A stretch of 64,000 bases of DNA from an uncultured Gemmatimonadales bacterium (GCA_963707505.1 CAVPQB010000004.1:480001-544000), one strand, 5' to 3'. Positions 41,257 to 51,270 are shown, counted from the stretch's first letter. Program-made: numbers and translations. The notes: generated by a model not told the origin, from the letters alone.

Positions 41257-43575
41257 GTGACGACACTGGCATTCATACTTGCGGCAACGCTCGTCGCCCA
41301 GCAATATCAGCCCGAAATTCGATATGACTCGCTACGGGCTGAGCCGGTAATTCTTGAAGTACAGATCGGTACCGTTGCTACGGCAGTCGTCGCCGCGCGT
41401 CGCATCGGCGACGTAGCTCTGCTCCCAGTGGCCCCTGTACTCGCGCTGGCAGAGCTTCATCGAGCAGCTATGTCCCACGAATACTTGCCCACCGATTCGT
41501 TGGCGGTGATGCTCCACGCACCAATCATCGTCGACTGGGACGATCTCACCGCCACCATCGTCGATGATGGCGGATTGCCAGTAAGCCGCCGTGCTGCACG
41601 CGAGCGCAACCGCGCTCTGCTCAACGCTGACAAACAGGATCTACAGATGTCAGAGGCAATCACCAGATCAACGCCGCTGCTGCCGTCCAGCGTGATCGTG
41701 GACTACGACGCGGCGACATCCGGCATGAACGCCCTTGCGCAGACGAACATACACCTCGGCATTGGCGCCAACCTCCTCGGTGGTGCGCTCGACGTCGATG
41801 TGCTGAGTCCAGTGAATCACCATCCGGGAATTTCAGCCTGGCACTGGGATCGAGAGCTTGCCGGCAGCTCCTTTCTTCGCCATGCCCGCCTTGGACGGGT
41901 CGCTCCCGACCACGGCTCCGTGATCGCCGATGGAATATTCCTCTCCAGCCAGCCGGCCATCCACGACGACTCTCCGTCCGTTATACTCGCGGGCGCCCCT
42001 GGCCCCGGCTGGGACGTCGAAGCGTACCGCGACGACGTGCTCGTGTACTCCGGCCAGACGGATTCGACTGGCCGATACACCATCTCGATTCCGACCTCGC
42101 GTGGCTCCAATCGCCTTGCTGTTTCAGCGTACGGCACAGCAGGCGAACAACGTTCGGTGACTCGCTACGTGTCGGTCGCCGACAATGCGTTGCCCCCGCG
42201 CACCGGTGCGTACAACGTTGCGGTTGGTCGCTGTGCGATCACAAGCTGTGACTACGCCGCAGAATCGACGCTTGGATACGCACCGTTCCCGCGCCTTACG
42301 ACCGGCGCAGGTCTGCGCGTCGCGACAAGATCGCACCAGATGACGATCGAGCCATCGTTACTTCTGGCGACGCATCTGCGTGACGACCTCAACGCATCTT
42401 TCAGCTACGCGCGCGCAGCGACGAACGCCGACGTGCGCTATGCACCGTCCCCGATGTTCGACGCATCGATTACATATGCGAATACGCGGCTTACATCCGC
42501 GTCAGCGCTATTTCCCATCCGCCATTCCACCGCAACCGCGAGCGTGATCTGGCGCGTACCAGGAGCGCCATATGCCGCGAGCGCGACTCTCGCCGCCGCA
42601 GGCTACCGACTGACAGATACGCAGCGGCTGCACCTTTTCATGTCGCTGCCTCTTGGATCGCTGTATTTGCGTCCGTTCGTCGATGTTGGGCGCCAGTTCA
42701 ACACGGCGTCGACGTCACTCGGGCGAGGTCTGTTGGCGGAATCCCCGATCCCGGCACTGCTCCCGATCGGTAGCCGCGTCCGATCAGGATTTGCAACCGC
42801 CGGCGCCGGTGACAATTACATCACGATCTCCGCGCCATTCACCCGCTCGGGGCAACTCGAAATTGGAGTCGAGTGGCCGGCCAGTACGGCCGCGCCGCGC
42901 CTCACCGTCGCGCTCAACATGGTGACGCGTGCGGCCAGATATCAGTTGCGATCCACGGACGGATCCGATGCGTCGACCGTACAGTCATTGAGTGGCTCGC
43001 TCGTGGTCATGCCGAGCACGCACGTCGCCTCATTGTCGCCATCGCAGCTGCGAGGACGTGCCGGCATCGTCGGACTTCTGTTTCTGGATGAGAACGGCAA
43101 CGGCGTCCGGGACGCGACTGAGCCCACACTTCCGCATATCTCGATTTCGGCGGGCGACGTGCAGGTCGAAACCGATTCAGTGGGAGAGTATCAATTCAAT
43201 GACGTGGTCCCTTACGCAACGGTCGTGCTGAGTGTCGATTCGCTTGCCCTTCCATCGCCCGACATGACGGGGCACGCGGTGCGAGTGACGCCACTTCCCA
43301 ACGGCATCACTCGCGTGGATCTCCCCATCACGACGCGTCAGCGCTCACGCCTTCTGTCGAGTTCCTGCTGCGGAATCGACGGACTCTCCCAGGACACGCA
43401 GCGCAGCGACCCGCCGCCCATCCATGGCGACTACCTCGAGCCCGGCGTTCGGGATCCGAACCCTGTCACCGACCCGAGGGAGCCGCCCCAGGCGCGCGAA
43501 TACATACCCGCCCAGTGTGGACCAGTCTCCGTCGGGGATTTCCAGCTCGTAATCCGACCGTGCATCGATGAGTGA
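41257..43575 (+). CDS. Secreted usher-like outer-membrane protein with C-terminal SdrD-B/carboxypeptidase-regulatory-like domain
   Basis: GTG 41257 with signal TLVA|Q; plug-like GWDVEAYRDDVLV...GRYTISIP...N.L.V.AYG..GE; beta-strand-rich body; GLLFLDENGNGVRDATEP. Confidence 0.6.
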   Translation: MTTLAFILAATLVAQQYQPEIRYDSLRAEPVILEVQIGTVATAVVAARRIGDVALLPVAPVLALAELHRAAMSHEYLPTDSLAVMLHAPIIVDWDDLTATIVDDGGLPVSRRAARERNRALLNADKQDLQMSEAITRSTPLLPSSVIVDYDAATSGMNALAQTNIHLGIGANLLGGALDVDVLSPVNHHPGISAWHWDRELAGSSFLRHARLGRVAPDHGSVIADGIFLSSQPAIHDDSPSVILAGAPGPGWDVEAYRDDVLVYSGQTDSTGRYTISIPTSRGSNRLAVSAYGTAGEQRSVTRYVSVADNALPPRTGAYNVAVGRCAITSCDYAAESTLGYAPFPRLTTGAGLRVATRSHQMTIEPSLLLATHLRDDLNASFSYARAATNADVRYAPSPMFDASITYANTRLTSASALFPIRHSTATASVIWRVPGAPYAASATLAAAGYRLTDTQRLHLFMSLPLGSLYLRPFVDVGRQFNTASTSLGRGLLAESPIPALLPIGSRVRSGFATAGAGDNYITISAPFTRSGQLEIGVEWPASTAAPRLTVALNMVTRAARYQLRSTDGSDASTVQSLSGSLVVMPSTHVASLSPSQLRGRAGIVGLLFLDENGNGVRDATEPTLPHISISAGDVQVETDSVGEYQFNDVVPYATVVLSVDSLALPSPDMTGHAVRVTPLPNGITRVDLPITTRQRSRLLSSSCCGIDGLSQDTQRSDPPPIHGDYLEPGVRDPNPVTDPREPPQAREYIPAQCGPVSVGDFQLVIRPCIDE

Positions 43576-44562
43576 CAGCGTACCGGCCAGCTCGAGCACA
43601 CCGTCCATCTCCAGCGACGTCCGCGCAGCCATGTCGTACTCGTCGGTTATGTCGCCCATCACCTCTTCGACCAGATCTTCGATGGTGATGATGCCGGCGG
43701 TCCCACCGTACTCGTCGATGACCACCGCCATGTACGCGCGCGTTCGTCGGAGATCGTCCAGCACCCGCTCAGCTGCTCGGCTGTCGGGAACGTACAGCGC
43801 CTCCCGCATCACCTCCGAAAGCTTGAACGGCGAGCTCTCGTCACGAAGCCACAGATCCTTTGCGAGAAACACGCCGACTATGTCATCCAGAGTTTCGCGA
43901 TACACCGGGTATCGCGAGTACCGCTCAGTGCGCAACACGTGCAGCACTTCCTCGGATGTCGAATCGATGTCTATCGCGACCACATCGGTCCGTGGCCGCA
44001 TCACGTCGTGCGCGCGCTTCTGCTTGAAGTCGAAGACGCCCGCAAGCATCGCTCGCTCCGATTCGTTGAGCTCACCATGCGCGTGCGAATGCATCACGAG
44101 TGTCCTCAGCTCGTCCGGCGAGTGCGCCGGAACCTCGTTCTCGACCACCGCGTGCATTCCGAACGCGCGTGCGACGAGACTGGCGATCGAGTTGACGATT
44201 ATTACGAAGGGCGTGAGGATCTGGCCGATGAGCCGCACCACCGGTACCGCATATTTGCGGGCGGTATCTGGGTGCTCCCTGGCTACGGCCCTCGGCACCA
44301 GCTCGCCAACTACTATATGGAGAAGGACAGCGAGGGCGAACCAGCTTGCCCCGCCCACCACGCCCAGCCCCACGGCGCTGAGCGAGCTTCCTATTCGAGC
44401 GGCGGTGGTCGGTGCAGATCGTCCGTCCTCGTCTTCGATCGGAATGCTCAAGGCGGCTTCAGCGGCCGCGAAGATTGCGCTCACCGCGACGAGCACGACG
44501 ATCCAGATCAGCCTTGTCGCCAAGGTGCCAGCCCAACTATGGTCTTGTAAGTCTGTCGGCAT
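43345..44562 (-). CDS. CNNM/HlyC-CorC family protein (DUF21 + CBS pair + CorC domain)
   Basis: FAAAEAAL, HIVVGELVPR, VMRPRTD, YSRYPVY, VIDEYGGTAGIITIEDLVEE, STLGGYVF. Confidence 0.92.
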   Translation of the reverse strand: MPTDLQDHSWAGTLATRLIWIVVLVAVSAIFAAAEAALSIPIEDEDGRSAPTTAARIGSSLSAVGLGVVGGASWFALAVLLHIVVGELVPRAVAREHPDTARKYAVPVVRLIGQILTPFVIIVNSIASLVARAFGMHAVVENEVPAHSPDELRTLVMHSHAHGELNESERAMLAGVFDFKQKRAHDVMRPRTDVVAIDIDSTSEEVLHVLRTERYSRYPVYRETLDDIVGVFLAKDLWLRDESSPFKLSEVMREALYVPDSRAAERVLDDLRRTRAYMAVVIDEYGGTAGIITIEDLVEEVMGDITDEYDMAARTSLEMDGVLELAGTLSLIDARSDYELEIPDGDWSTLGGYVFARLGRLPRVGDRVRIPNAGLEVVAMDGRRVAALRVLGESVDSAAGTRQKA

Positions 44563-44758
44563 TCCGTCTCTAAATCTACCGGAACAGCGCTCGGTCCGGC
44601 CGAAGCCGATACTCGAACGCCCGTTCTAATGGCGTCGGTCCCCCGGAACCGGGAACCAATGTTATCCATGGTCGCACCTACGAAGCCGGACCCTGCCACG
44701 GGACGCAACCGCCGCGATTCGTTGCACCAGCCAGTCCCCATCGTCAAACTATTGCAAA

Positions 44759-46096
44759 ATGCAATACCGCACTCCGCAATCCATCGCTGCGATATCGGCC
44801 TCGCACCCGACACAGATCCCCGCTCGCCGGATTCTCTGGTGGCTCTATGTCGCGCGCCTGGCTGCGGCGGGCTCTGTTTACGTCGCTGCGGTCTATTCAT
44901 GGCAGTACGCCTCCCGCGCCGATACACTGTTGGCATCGCTCATCTTCGCGGCCACGATGCTGTTCACGGGGCTGTCCGCCCTCTACACCCATGTCTATCG
45001 CCGGTCGATCGCGATCGCTGTCCTCTATTCCCAAGCCATCTTCGACGTCGTGCTCGTCACGGCGATGGTGCACCTGACGTGGCAATCGACCTCGTCTCAA
45101 TTCGCTCCGCTCTACATCCTGGTCATCGCCATAAGCGCGCTGCTCCTGCCAGCGCGCGGCGTCACACTGATTTCGGCCCTCGCAATCCTGCTGTATGCTG
45201 GAGAGGGAGTTCTGGTTCAGGGCGCCACGGTGGGAATCGGCGTCCTTCTTCAGTTGACCATATTTGCCGTCGTGGCGCTTGGGAGCGGGTACATCGCCTC
45301 TCGGTTGCGCGCCCAGAGTGCCGGCACTGAAGCTATGGCCGAGGAGCTCGCTCGTTTCCGTCTGCACCAGGGAGAAGTGGAGCGCCTTCATCTGCGCGCG
45401 GAGCGTCTCGAAGCGGTCGCCGAGCTCGGCGCCTCGATGGCACATGAGATCAAGAATCCGCTTGCTTCGATCAGAAGCGCCGTCGAGCAGTTGGGATTGT
45501 CCGCCAAGACCTCCAGCGACGACCGTGTTCTTACATCGCTCGTCGTGCGCGAGTCCGACCGACTCGCCAGGCTGCTTACCGGCTTCCTCGATTTCGCCCG
45601 CGTCGACGTCCCGTTCACTCGCCGCCTCGATCTGCTGAGCGTCGTGCGCAACGCCGCCGAGCTCGCGTCATCTCATCCGTCGCGCCCGCAGGGAACCAGA
45701 ATCGAGTGCGATTTCCCTCGCACCTCGATGGAAGTAAGCGGTGACGAGGACATGCTGCACCGCGCCTTCTTCAACCTGGTACTGAACGCCCTGCAGGCAT
45801 CGCCCGCTGATGGAGTGGTGCGTATCGAGGCCGCGACATTGCTTCCCCAGCAGCTCGATTGGCGCGCCGCTGCTTTCGAGAGCGGCGCGATCGCCGTGCG
45901 TGTCATCGATTCGGGTCCTGGAATCAGCGAGGTCGCACGTCCCAAGCTATTCCATCCGTTCTTCACCACCAAGCCGGGCGGAAGCGGGCTCGGACTCGCG
46001 ATCGTGCATCGCGCCGTTGAGGCGCACCACGGAGTTGTAGTGGTCGATAGTGATACTCGCGGATCACGGTTCACCGTCCTATTCCCACGCACATGA
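44759..46096 (+). CDS. pilS: PilS-like membrane sensor histidine kinase
   Basis: About 6 TM segments; H-box AHEIKNPL, NLVLNA, DSGPGI, PFFTTK, GSGLGLAI; upstream of a pilR-like gene and pilA. The start codon is uncertain. Confidence 0.8.
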   Translation: MQYRTPQSIAAISASHPTQIPARRILWWLYVARLAAAGSVYVAAVYSWQYASRADTLLASLIFAATMLFTGLSALYTHVYRRSIAIAVLYSQAIFDVVLVTAMVHLTWQSTSSQFAPLYILVIAISALLLPARGVTLISALAILLYAGEGVLVQGATVGIGVLLQLTIFAVVALGSGYIASRLRAQSAGTEAMAEELARFRLHQGEVERLHLRAERLEAVAELGASMAHEIKNPLASIRSAVEQLGLSAKTSSDDRVLTSLVVRESDRLARLLTGFLDFARVDVPFTRRLDLLSVVRNAAELASSHPSRPQGTRIECDFPRTSMEVSGDEDMLHRAFFNLVLNALQASPADGVVRIEAATLLPQQLDWRAAAFESGAIAVRVIDSGPGISEVARPKLFHPFFTTKPGGSGLGLAIVHRAVEAHHGVVVVDSDTRGSRFTVLFPRT

Positions 46097-47451
46097 CACC
46101 TCCTGCGCCAACGAGAGCACCCAGCGTACTGATCATCGACGATGAGCAGGGCATCCTGGACGTCATTCGAATCCTGCTCACCAACAACGGCTTCGCGGCG
46201 CACACAGCTCACGGCGGCCGGGCTGGCATCGAGCAGATCCGGGCGATCGAGCCGGACATCGTCATCAGCGACATACGCATGCCCGACGTGAGTGGCGCGG
46301 ATGTGCTGTCAGCTGCGCGTGCTGCCAATCCCGAAACACCGGTGATTCTCATGACCGCACAGGCGACGTTGCAGTCCGCCATGCACGCGGTGAACGAGGG
46401 CGCGTTCTACTATATACAGAAGCCGTTCCGCAACGACGAGCTCCTGGCGATAGTGCATCGAGCCGCCGAGCATCGTGCGCTGCGTGTGGAGAACCGCACG
46501 CTGCGCCAGGAGATTCGCAAGCGCGACCGCGAGAATTCGCCCATTGGACAGAGTGCCAACTGGCTATCTGTGCTTCAGCTCGCCGCGACCGTCGCACCCA
46601 CCGATTCGACGGTGCTGCTGCAAGGTGAATCCGGTACCGGTAAGGAAGTCGTCGCGCGCTACATCCACGAGATGTCGGGCCGCACCGCCAAGCCATTTCT
46701 CTCGGTGAACTGCGGCGCGCTTCCGGAGAGTCTGCTGGAAAGCGAGCTGTTCGGACACGTGAAGGGATCCTTCACCGGCGCGGTGAAGGACAAGACAGGT
46801 CTCATTGCGGCAGCGATGGGTGGCACTTTCTTTCTCGATGAAGTTGGCGAGATGACCCCCGCTACGCAGGTGAAGCTGTTGCGCACGCTGCAACAGCGCG
46901 AAGTGCTCCCCGTCGGCGCAACCGAAGCAATTCCTGTCGATGCGCGCGTAATAGCTGCCACCAATCGCGATCTCGAGCGCGACGTCAAGACGGGACAGTT
47001 TCGAAGCGATCTGTATTACCGGCTCAACGTGATAGCGATTCATCTTCCGCCGTTACGTCAGAGAAGGGAAGACATCCCGCTACTGGTCGAAGCCTTTCTC
47101 ACGCGCGCCAAGGATCGCAACAAGTCTGTAAGCGCGGAAGCGATGAGCGCGATGTGCGAGTACGACTGGCCGGGAAACGTGCGCGAGCTGGAGAATGCAT
47201 TGGAGCGAGCGTCCATCGTCACGAGCGGTGCTGTGATCACACCGGACGCCTTACCCGAGCGCGTTACGAGCAAGTCCGGCGAGCATCTTGTACGGGATGC
47301 GGAGCGACTTGACCCGACTCTGGACGTGATCGAGCGTGCCTATATCAAGTGGGTGCTGGAGACGAACGGCGGCAACAAGACCCGCGCCGCCGAGGTGCTG
47401 GGCATCGATCCGTCCACGCTGCACCGGAAGCTGCAGAAGATGGAGGGGTGA
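46093..47451 (+). CDS. pilR: PilR-like sigma54-dependent response regulator
   Basis: REC domain (DD, DIRMP, KPF); GESGTGKE, ESELFGHVKGSFTGA, WPGNVRELEN; Fis-type HTH. Confidence 0.88.
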   Translation: MTPPAPTRAPSVLIIDDEQGILDVIRILLTNNGFAAHTAHGGRAGIEQIRAIEPDIVISDIRMPDVSGADVLSAARAANPETPVILMTAQATLQSAMHAVNEGAFYYIQKPFRNDELLAIVHRAAEHRALRVENRTLRQEIRKRDRENSPIGQSANWLSVLQLAATVAPTDSTVLLQGESGTGKEVVARYIHEMSGRTAKPFLSVNCGALPESLLESELFGHVKGSFTGAVKDKTGLIAAAMGGTFFLDEVGEMTPATQVKLLRTLQQREVLPVGATEAIPVDARVIAATNRDLERDVKTGQFRSDLYYRLNVIAIHLPPLRQRREDIPLLVEAFLTRAKDRNKSVSAEAMSAMCEYDWPGNVRELENALERASIVTSGAVITPDALPERVTSKSGEHLVRDAERLDPTLDVIERAYIKWVLETNGGNKTRAAEVLGIDPSTLHRKLQKMEG

Positions 47452-47587
47452 GCATAGCCACTGTAAAGGATTGCGACATTGCGAAACGCCAGAGAGATTG
47501 CAGAATGCGCCGGCACATTGCCTCGTCAGACGTTTACTAAACTTCGCAACTGCTTTGACGATAATGAGTTACAACGCGGTCACGAGT

Positions 47588-47602
47588 TGGCGCGACCGTT
47601 GC
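47588..47602 (+). promoter_or_regulatory. sigma54 -24/-12 promoter of pilA
   Basis: TGGCGCG-ACCG-TTGC, one mismatch to TGGCACG-N4-TTGC, 60 bp upstream of pilA and just after the sigma54 activator gene. Confidence 0.85.
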
Positions 47603-47661
47603 CATTACGCTGCCCGATCACCGCAGCAGCGGCATCCCACGACTCCTTAGGAGATTGATTA

Positions 47662-48072
47662 ATGAAGCGCAACGTGAAAGGATTTACCCTCATCGAGCTT
47701 TTGATCGTCGTCGTCATCATCGGCATCCTGGCCGCGATCGCGATCCCGAAGTTCGCAGCAACGAAAGAGCGCGCATACGTCGCGTCGATGAAGACGGACC
47801 TCAAGAACCTCGCGACGGCTGAAGAGGGCTTTGCATCCGCCAATAACGGCGCCTACTTCACGCACACGTTCGCCGCACCGAGTGACACGACGAACGGCTT
47901 CTCGCCGTCGACCGGTAACACCATCGCCGCGACGCTCGAGGCTGGCCCTCCGACCGCGTGGCATGCACTCGCAACGAGCACCCAGACCAGCCAGCAGTGC
48001 GGTATGCACACAGGTAACACACCTGGCCTCGCTGGCGCTGACACCGTCGCCGGCGCACCGGCTTGTAAGTAA
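47662..48072 (+). CDS. pilA: Type IVa major pilin
   Basis: AGGAG RBS; KG|FTLIELLIVVVIIGILAAIAIPKF; C-terminal Cys pair; own promoter and terminator. Confidence 0.92.
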   Translation: MKRNVKGFTLIELLIVVVIIGILAAIAIPKFAATKERAYVASMKTDLKNLATAEEGFASANNGAYFTHTFAAPSDTTNGFSPSTGNTIAATLEAGPPTAWHALATSTQTSQQCGMHTGNTPGLAGADTVAGAPACK

Positions 48073-48090
48073 AGACGGTTAGCGACTCAG

Positions 48091-48130
48091 ACAAAAGAAC
48101 GGCGGCCCCAGCGGTCGCCGTTCTTTTGTT
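48091..48130 (+). terminator. Intrinsic terminator after pilA
   Basis: ACAAAAGAACGGCGGCC-loop-GGTCGCCGTTCTTTTGT, with an A-tract before and a T-tract after. Confidence 0.85.
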
Positions 48131-48266
48131 GGTGTAGATCGACCACACGCGAAGCCGGGTCGAGGTACCAATGTTTAGTCGGCGGCATGCCATGGCGTCG
48201 TGATGTGGTTCTCGTGCAGTGTTTCGGATTAGCGTCCTGATCTGCCATCGGTTGTATCGTCGGGGC

Positions 48267-48623
48267 ATGAAAATCTGCCACGTGCGGGCGCCCCGCGGTT
48301 TCGTCCTCATCGAAGCTCTGATAGCTCTTGTCCTGGTTGGCGTCGTCTTCCTTGGACTCGAAGGGTCGCTGACTCTCGTCGTTCGTAGCCTCGCCGACTC
48401 TGAACGACAGACCGTCGCGACGCGGATCGCCGAATCGCAACGCGAGCATGCGTTCGCGGCTGGCTGCGTCGCTGGATCTGGCTCGGACTCCGCGAATGCC
48501 GTAGCGGCGGATTGGTCCGCATCACCCACAGGATCGCTCGTTCAGGTTACCCAGACTGTTCGCTATCCTCAAAGGTCCGGCGCGCGTGTCGAACACTACA
48601 CCGCGACCAGCGTCTGCCGGTGA
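48267..48623 (+). CDS. Minor pilin (PilV-like)
   Basis: RG|FVLIEALIALVLVG prepilin motif with Glu+5. Confidence 0.75.
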   Translation: MKICHVRAPRGFVLIEALIALVLVGVVFLGLEGSLTLVVRSLADSERQTVATRIAESQREHAFAAGCVAGSGSDSANAVAADWSASPTGSLVQVTQTVRYPQRSGARVEHYTATSVCR

Positions 48624-48712
48624 CGTTACAGTTGCACGACGTCGCGAGGAAATGACGCCGGCCGGTCTCTTCGGCTTTATCCATCTGCTTGGGCCGGTAG
48701 TACTGTATCGGC

Positions 48713-49678
48713 ATGTCGCACCCAGCTCGAGCAGGCCACGCGCACCCAGGCTCGCCATTTCCGCCGGCGTGTACGCCGTTGTCACACGCGCGCCGCGCGG
48801 TATCGCTCGTCGAGCTTCTGATAGGGATCGTCGTTGCAACGCTCGTCGTCCTGATGGCTGTCTCACACGTGGTTCGCCATCAACGCGCCTACGACGCCGT
48901 GGCAGCCGCCGTCGACTTGCGCACCCGGCTCCGTGACGCATCCGATCTGGTCGCCGCCGACCTGCGCGGCAGCTCGTCAGCGGGCGACAGTATCCTTTTC
49001 GCGTCCGACACCGCCGTCGAATTCTATTCCGCGATCGGGTCATCGACGGTTTGCACAGCTCCCACCGCCGCGCGAATTACCTTGCCACCCGACACTCTCG
49101 CGAGCGGCCGCACGCTCTCGAGCTGGATCACCACACCCGATACAGGTGACTACGCGGTCATCTTCAGCGACTCGTCATCCGCGTCGCCTGGCGGCTGGAC
49201 GCGTGCACGCATCGCTTCGTTCGGACCCACGCCGACATTCACAGGATGCCCGCTTTCAGCAGGCCTACTCTCGGCAAGCGACGTCGGGGCAGGCCGCTCA
49301 TACGAGATATCCTTCACTTCGGCACTAGCCGCTAGCGTGCACCGTGGAGATCCAGTGCGCTTTGTCCGGCGCGTCCGCTACGACGTTTATCGAGGCGGCG
49401 ACGGTAAGTGGTATCTGGGTTATCGTCGATGCACCGGCGGATGCGCACCGGTCCAACCGGTGAGTGGTCCATACGAAAGCTCTGTGGGGCCACCCATCAG
49501 GTTCCGATATTTCGGACGCGGTGGCGCCAGTCTCGCCGGCACCGGCCCTACAACCGATGTCGCGCGAGTCGAGATTGTCTCGCGTGCGAGGTACCAGCGC
49601 CCGGTTCGGTTGCCCGGACTTGCTGCGCCACTGGTTGCCGATTCGGCGACTGTCACCGTTGCCATCCGCAATAGATGA
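48713..49678 (+). CDS. Minor pilin (PilW-like)
   Basis: RRA|VSLVELLIGIVV leader; LVAADLRG; ends VTVAIRNR as in PilW/GspJ-type proteins. Confidence 0.72.
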   Translation: MSHPARAGHAHPGSPFPPACTPLSHARRAVSLVELLIGIVVATLVVLMAVSHVVRHQRAYDAVAAAVDLRTRLRDASDLVAADLRGSSSAGDSILFASDTAVEFYSAIGSSTVCTAPTAARITLPPDTLASGRTLSSWITTPDTGDYAVIFSDSSSASPGGWTRARIASFGPTPTFTGCPLSAGLLSASDVGAGRSYEISFTSALAASVHRGDPVRFVRRVRYDVYRGGDGKWYLGYRRCTGGCAPVQPVSGPYESSVGPPIRFRYFGRGGASLAGTGPTTDVARVEIVSRARYQRPVRLPGLAAPLVADSATVTVAIRNR

Positions 49679-50136
49679 CGATCAGGAATATCGTGACAGT
49701 GAGACCGGATCGGCGCGGGTTCGCTCTCGTCGTCGTACTACTCATGATGATACTCGGCAGCGCGCTCATGTTCGGTGCGATCAACGGTTCACTTTCCGAG
49801 ACGGAAAGTGCGAGCGCCGGAACGATACGGCGCCAGGTTCTGGTCGGTGCGGAGTCCGAAGCGTGGAACGCGCTGGCCAGCGCCGACGTTCGCACCCTGC
49901 GCCACCTCCCGCTCGGACCCGTTGGAGCCGCCAGTCGCAGCGATGGAAACATTGTGCTCAACGCAACAGTGGAAAAGGTCGATACTTCGATCGTGTGGAT
50001 AGTCGCGACAGCGACAATTCACGGGGGAAGCCTGGTAGCCCGTCATCGGATTGGCATTACCGCGCTGATCCCACACGATACCACCGATCTCTCGCTTCAC
50101 CCGGTACCGGAACGAGCCTGGGTGGAGCTGTTCTGA
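49675..50136 (+). CDS. Minor pilin (PilX-like)
   Basis: RRG|FALVVVLLMM without Glu+5, as is typical of PilX/GspK; AES motif. Confidence 0.72.
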   Translation: MTIRNIVTVRPDRRGFALVVVLLMMILGSALMFGAINGSLSETESASAGTIRRQVLVGAESEAWNALASADVRTLRHLPLGPVGAASRSDGNIVLNATVEKVDTSIVWIVATATIHGGSLVARHRIGITALIPHDTTDLSLHPVPERAWVELF

Positions 50137-50223
50137 AAACGTGACCTTTTGGGCCGACCAGTCGTATTGACCTCGATAAGAGTTGCGTAACGGACTTCCC
50201 GTCCGAACTCAAGATGGAGTCGC

Positions 50224-51270
50224 ATGTCCTTTTTCGGCCGCAGTAAGACAACGGTTGGACTCGACATCGGCTCTGGACTCATCAAGGTCGTGGTCATGGA
50301 TCACGCCCGCGGAGTTCCGGAGCTGGTGAAGGTTGCCGTTGCACCGCTTCTTCCGGACGCAATAGTCGAAGGAGAGGTGATGGATCCACGACTCGTGTCG
50401 GATGCGATCCAGGAAGCAATGGAAAGGGCGGGCGTCAAGGCGACTCAAGTCGTCACAGCTGTCGGCGGACGCGACGTCATCATCAAGCGCATCCAGACCG
50501 AGCGTGTCAAGGAGCAACAGGCGCGCGAACTGATGCGATGGGAAGCTGAACAGCACGTCCCGGACGTCGAATCGGTTGAGCTTGATTTTCAGGTTCTCGA
50601 CGATGACGAGGGTTCAAATCCCGAAGAGATGAGCGTGCTGCTCGTCGCGGCCAAGCGGGAGCTGGTGGACGCAAAGCTCCGTATTCTCGCCGAGGCCGGG
50701 CTTACCCCAAGTTTGGTGGATGTAGACGCGTTTGCGTTGCATAATGCGTTCGAGCTGAACCATCCCGAAGCGATGCGCGGCGCTGTGGCGCTGGTAAACG
50801 TTGGCAACGAAATAACGAACGTCAATGTTCTGGACAACGGCGTGCCGATTCTCACGCGCGACCTCGCTGTCGGGACTCGTCGTTTTCAGGAAGATCTTCA
50901 ACGCCATCACGGACTCGCAGCGGACGACGCAGAGCGCATGGTGCGTGGCTACGATCGTACCACACAGCTCGACGCCGTTCTCGAAGCTCGCGGCGAAGAA
51001 ATAGCCGTCGGTGTCGAGCGGGCAGCGGCGTTCCTGGCCGCATCGGCTCGCGGCGCGCCGCAGGTTCGTGCGATCTATATCTGCGGCGGCGGGTCTCGCG
51101 TTCCGGGTCTCGCCGACGTGCTGGGGCAGCGGCTTCACCTCAAGGTCGAGTACGCAAACCCACTCGCGAATCTCCACGTGCGCGACGGTGCGCTTTCCGA
51201 GTTCACCATGGACGAGATTGCGCCGCTCCTAATGCTTCCCGTGGGGCTCGGCCTCCGCAAGGCATCATGA
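50224..51270 (+). CDS. pilM: Type IV pilus alignment protein PilM
   Basis: VGLDIGSGLIKVV, VLLVAAKRE, VDVDAFAL, CGGGS, VGLGLR; actin-like fold. Confidence 0.93.
   Translation: MSFFGRSKTTVGLDIGSGLIKVVVMDHARGVPELVKVAVAPLLPDAIVEGEVMDPRLVSDAIQEAMERAGVKATQVVTAVGGRDVIIKRIQTERVKEQQARELMRWEAEQHVPDVESVELDFQVLDDDEGSNPEEMSVLLVAAKRELVDAKLRILAEAGLTPSLVDVDAFALHNAFELNHPEAMRGAVALVNVGNEITNVNVLDNGVPILTRDLAVGTRRFQEDLQRHHGLAADDAERMVRGYDRTTQLDAVLEARGEEIAVGVERAAAFLAASARGAPQVRAIYICGGGSRVPGLADVLGQRLHLKVEYANPLANLHVRDGALSEFTMDEIAPLLMLPVGLGLRKAS

Noticed and set aside
40916..41272. His/Gln-rich ORF from the (CTGGTG)n microrepeat at 41117..41140
   Set aside because: It overlaps the PAP2 gene out of frame, has no RBS, and the repeat has only four units; insufficient support.
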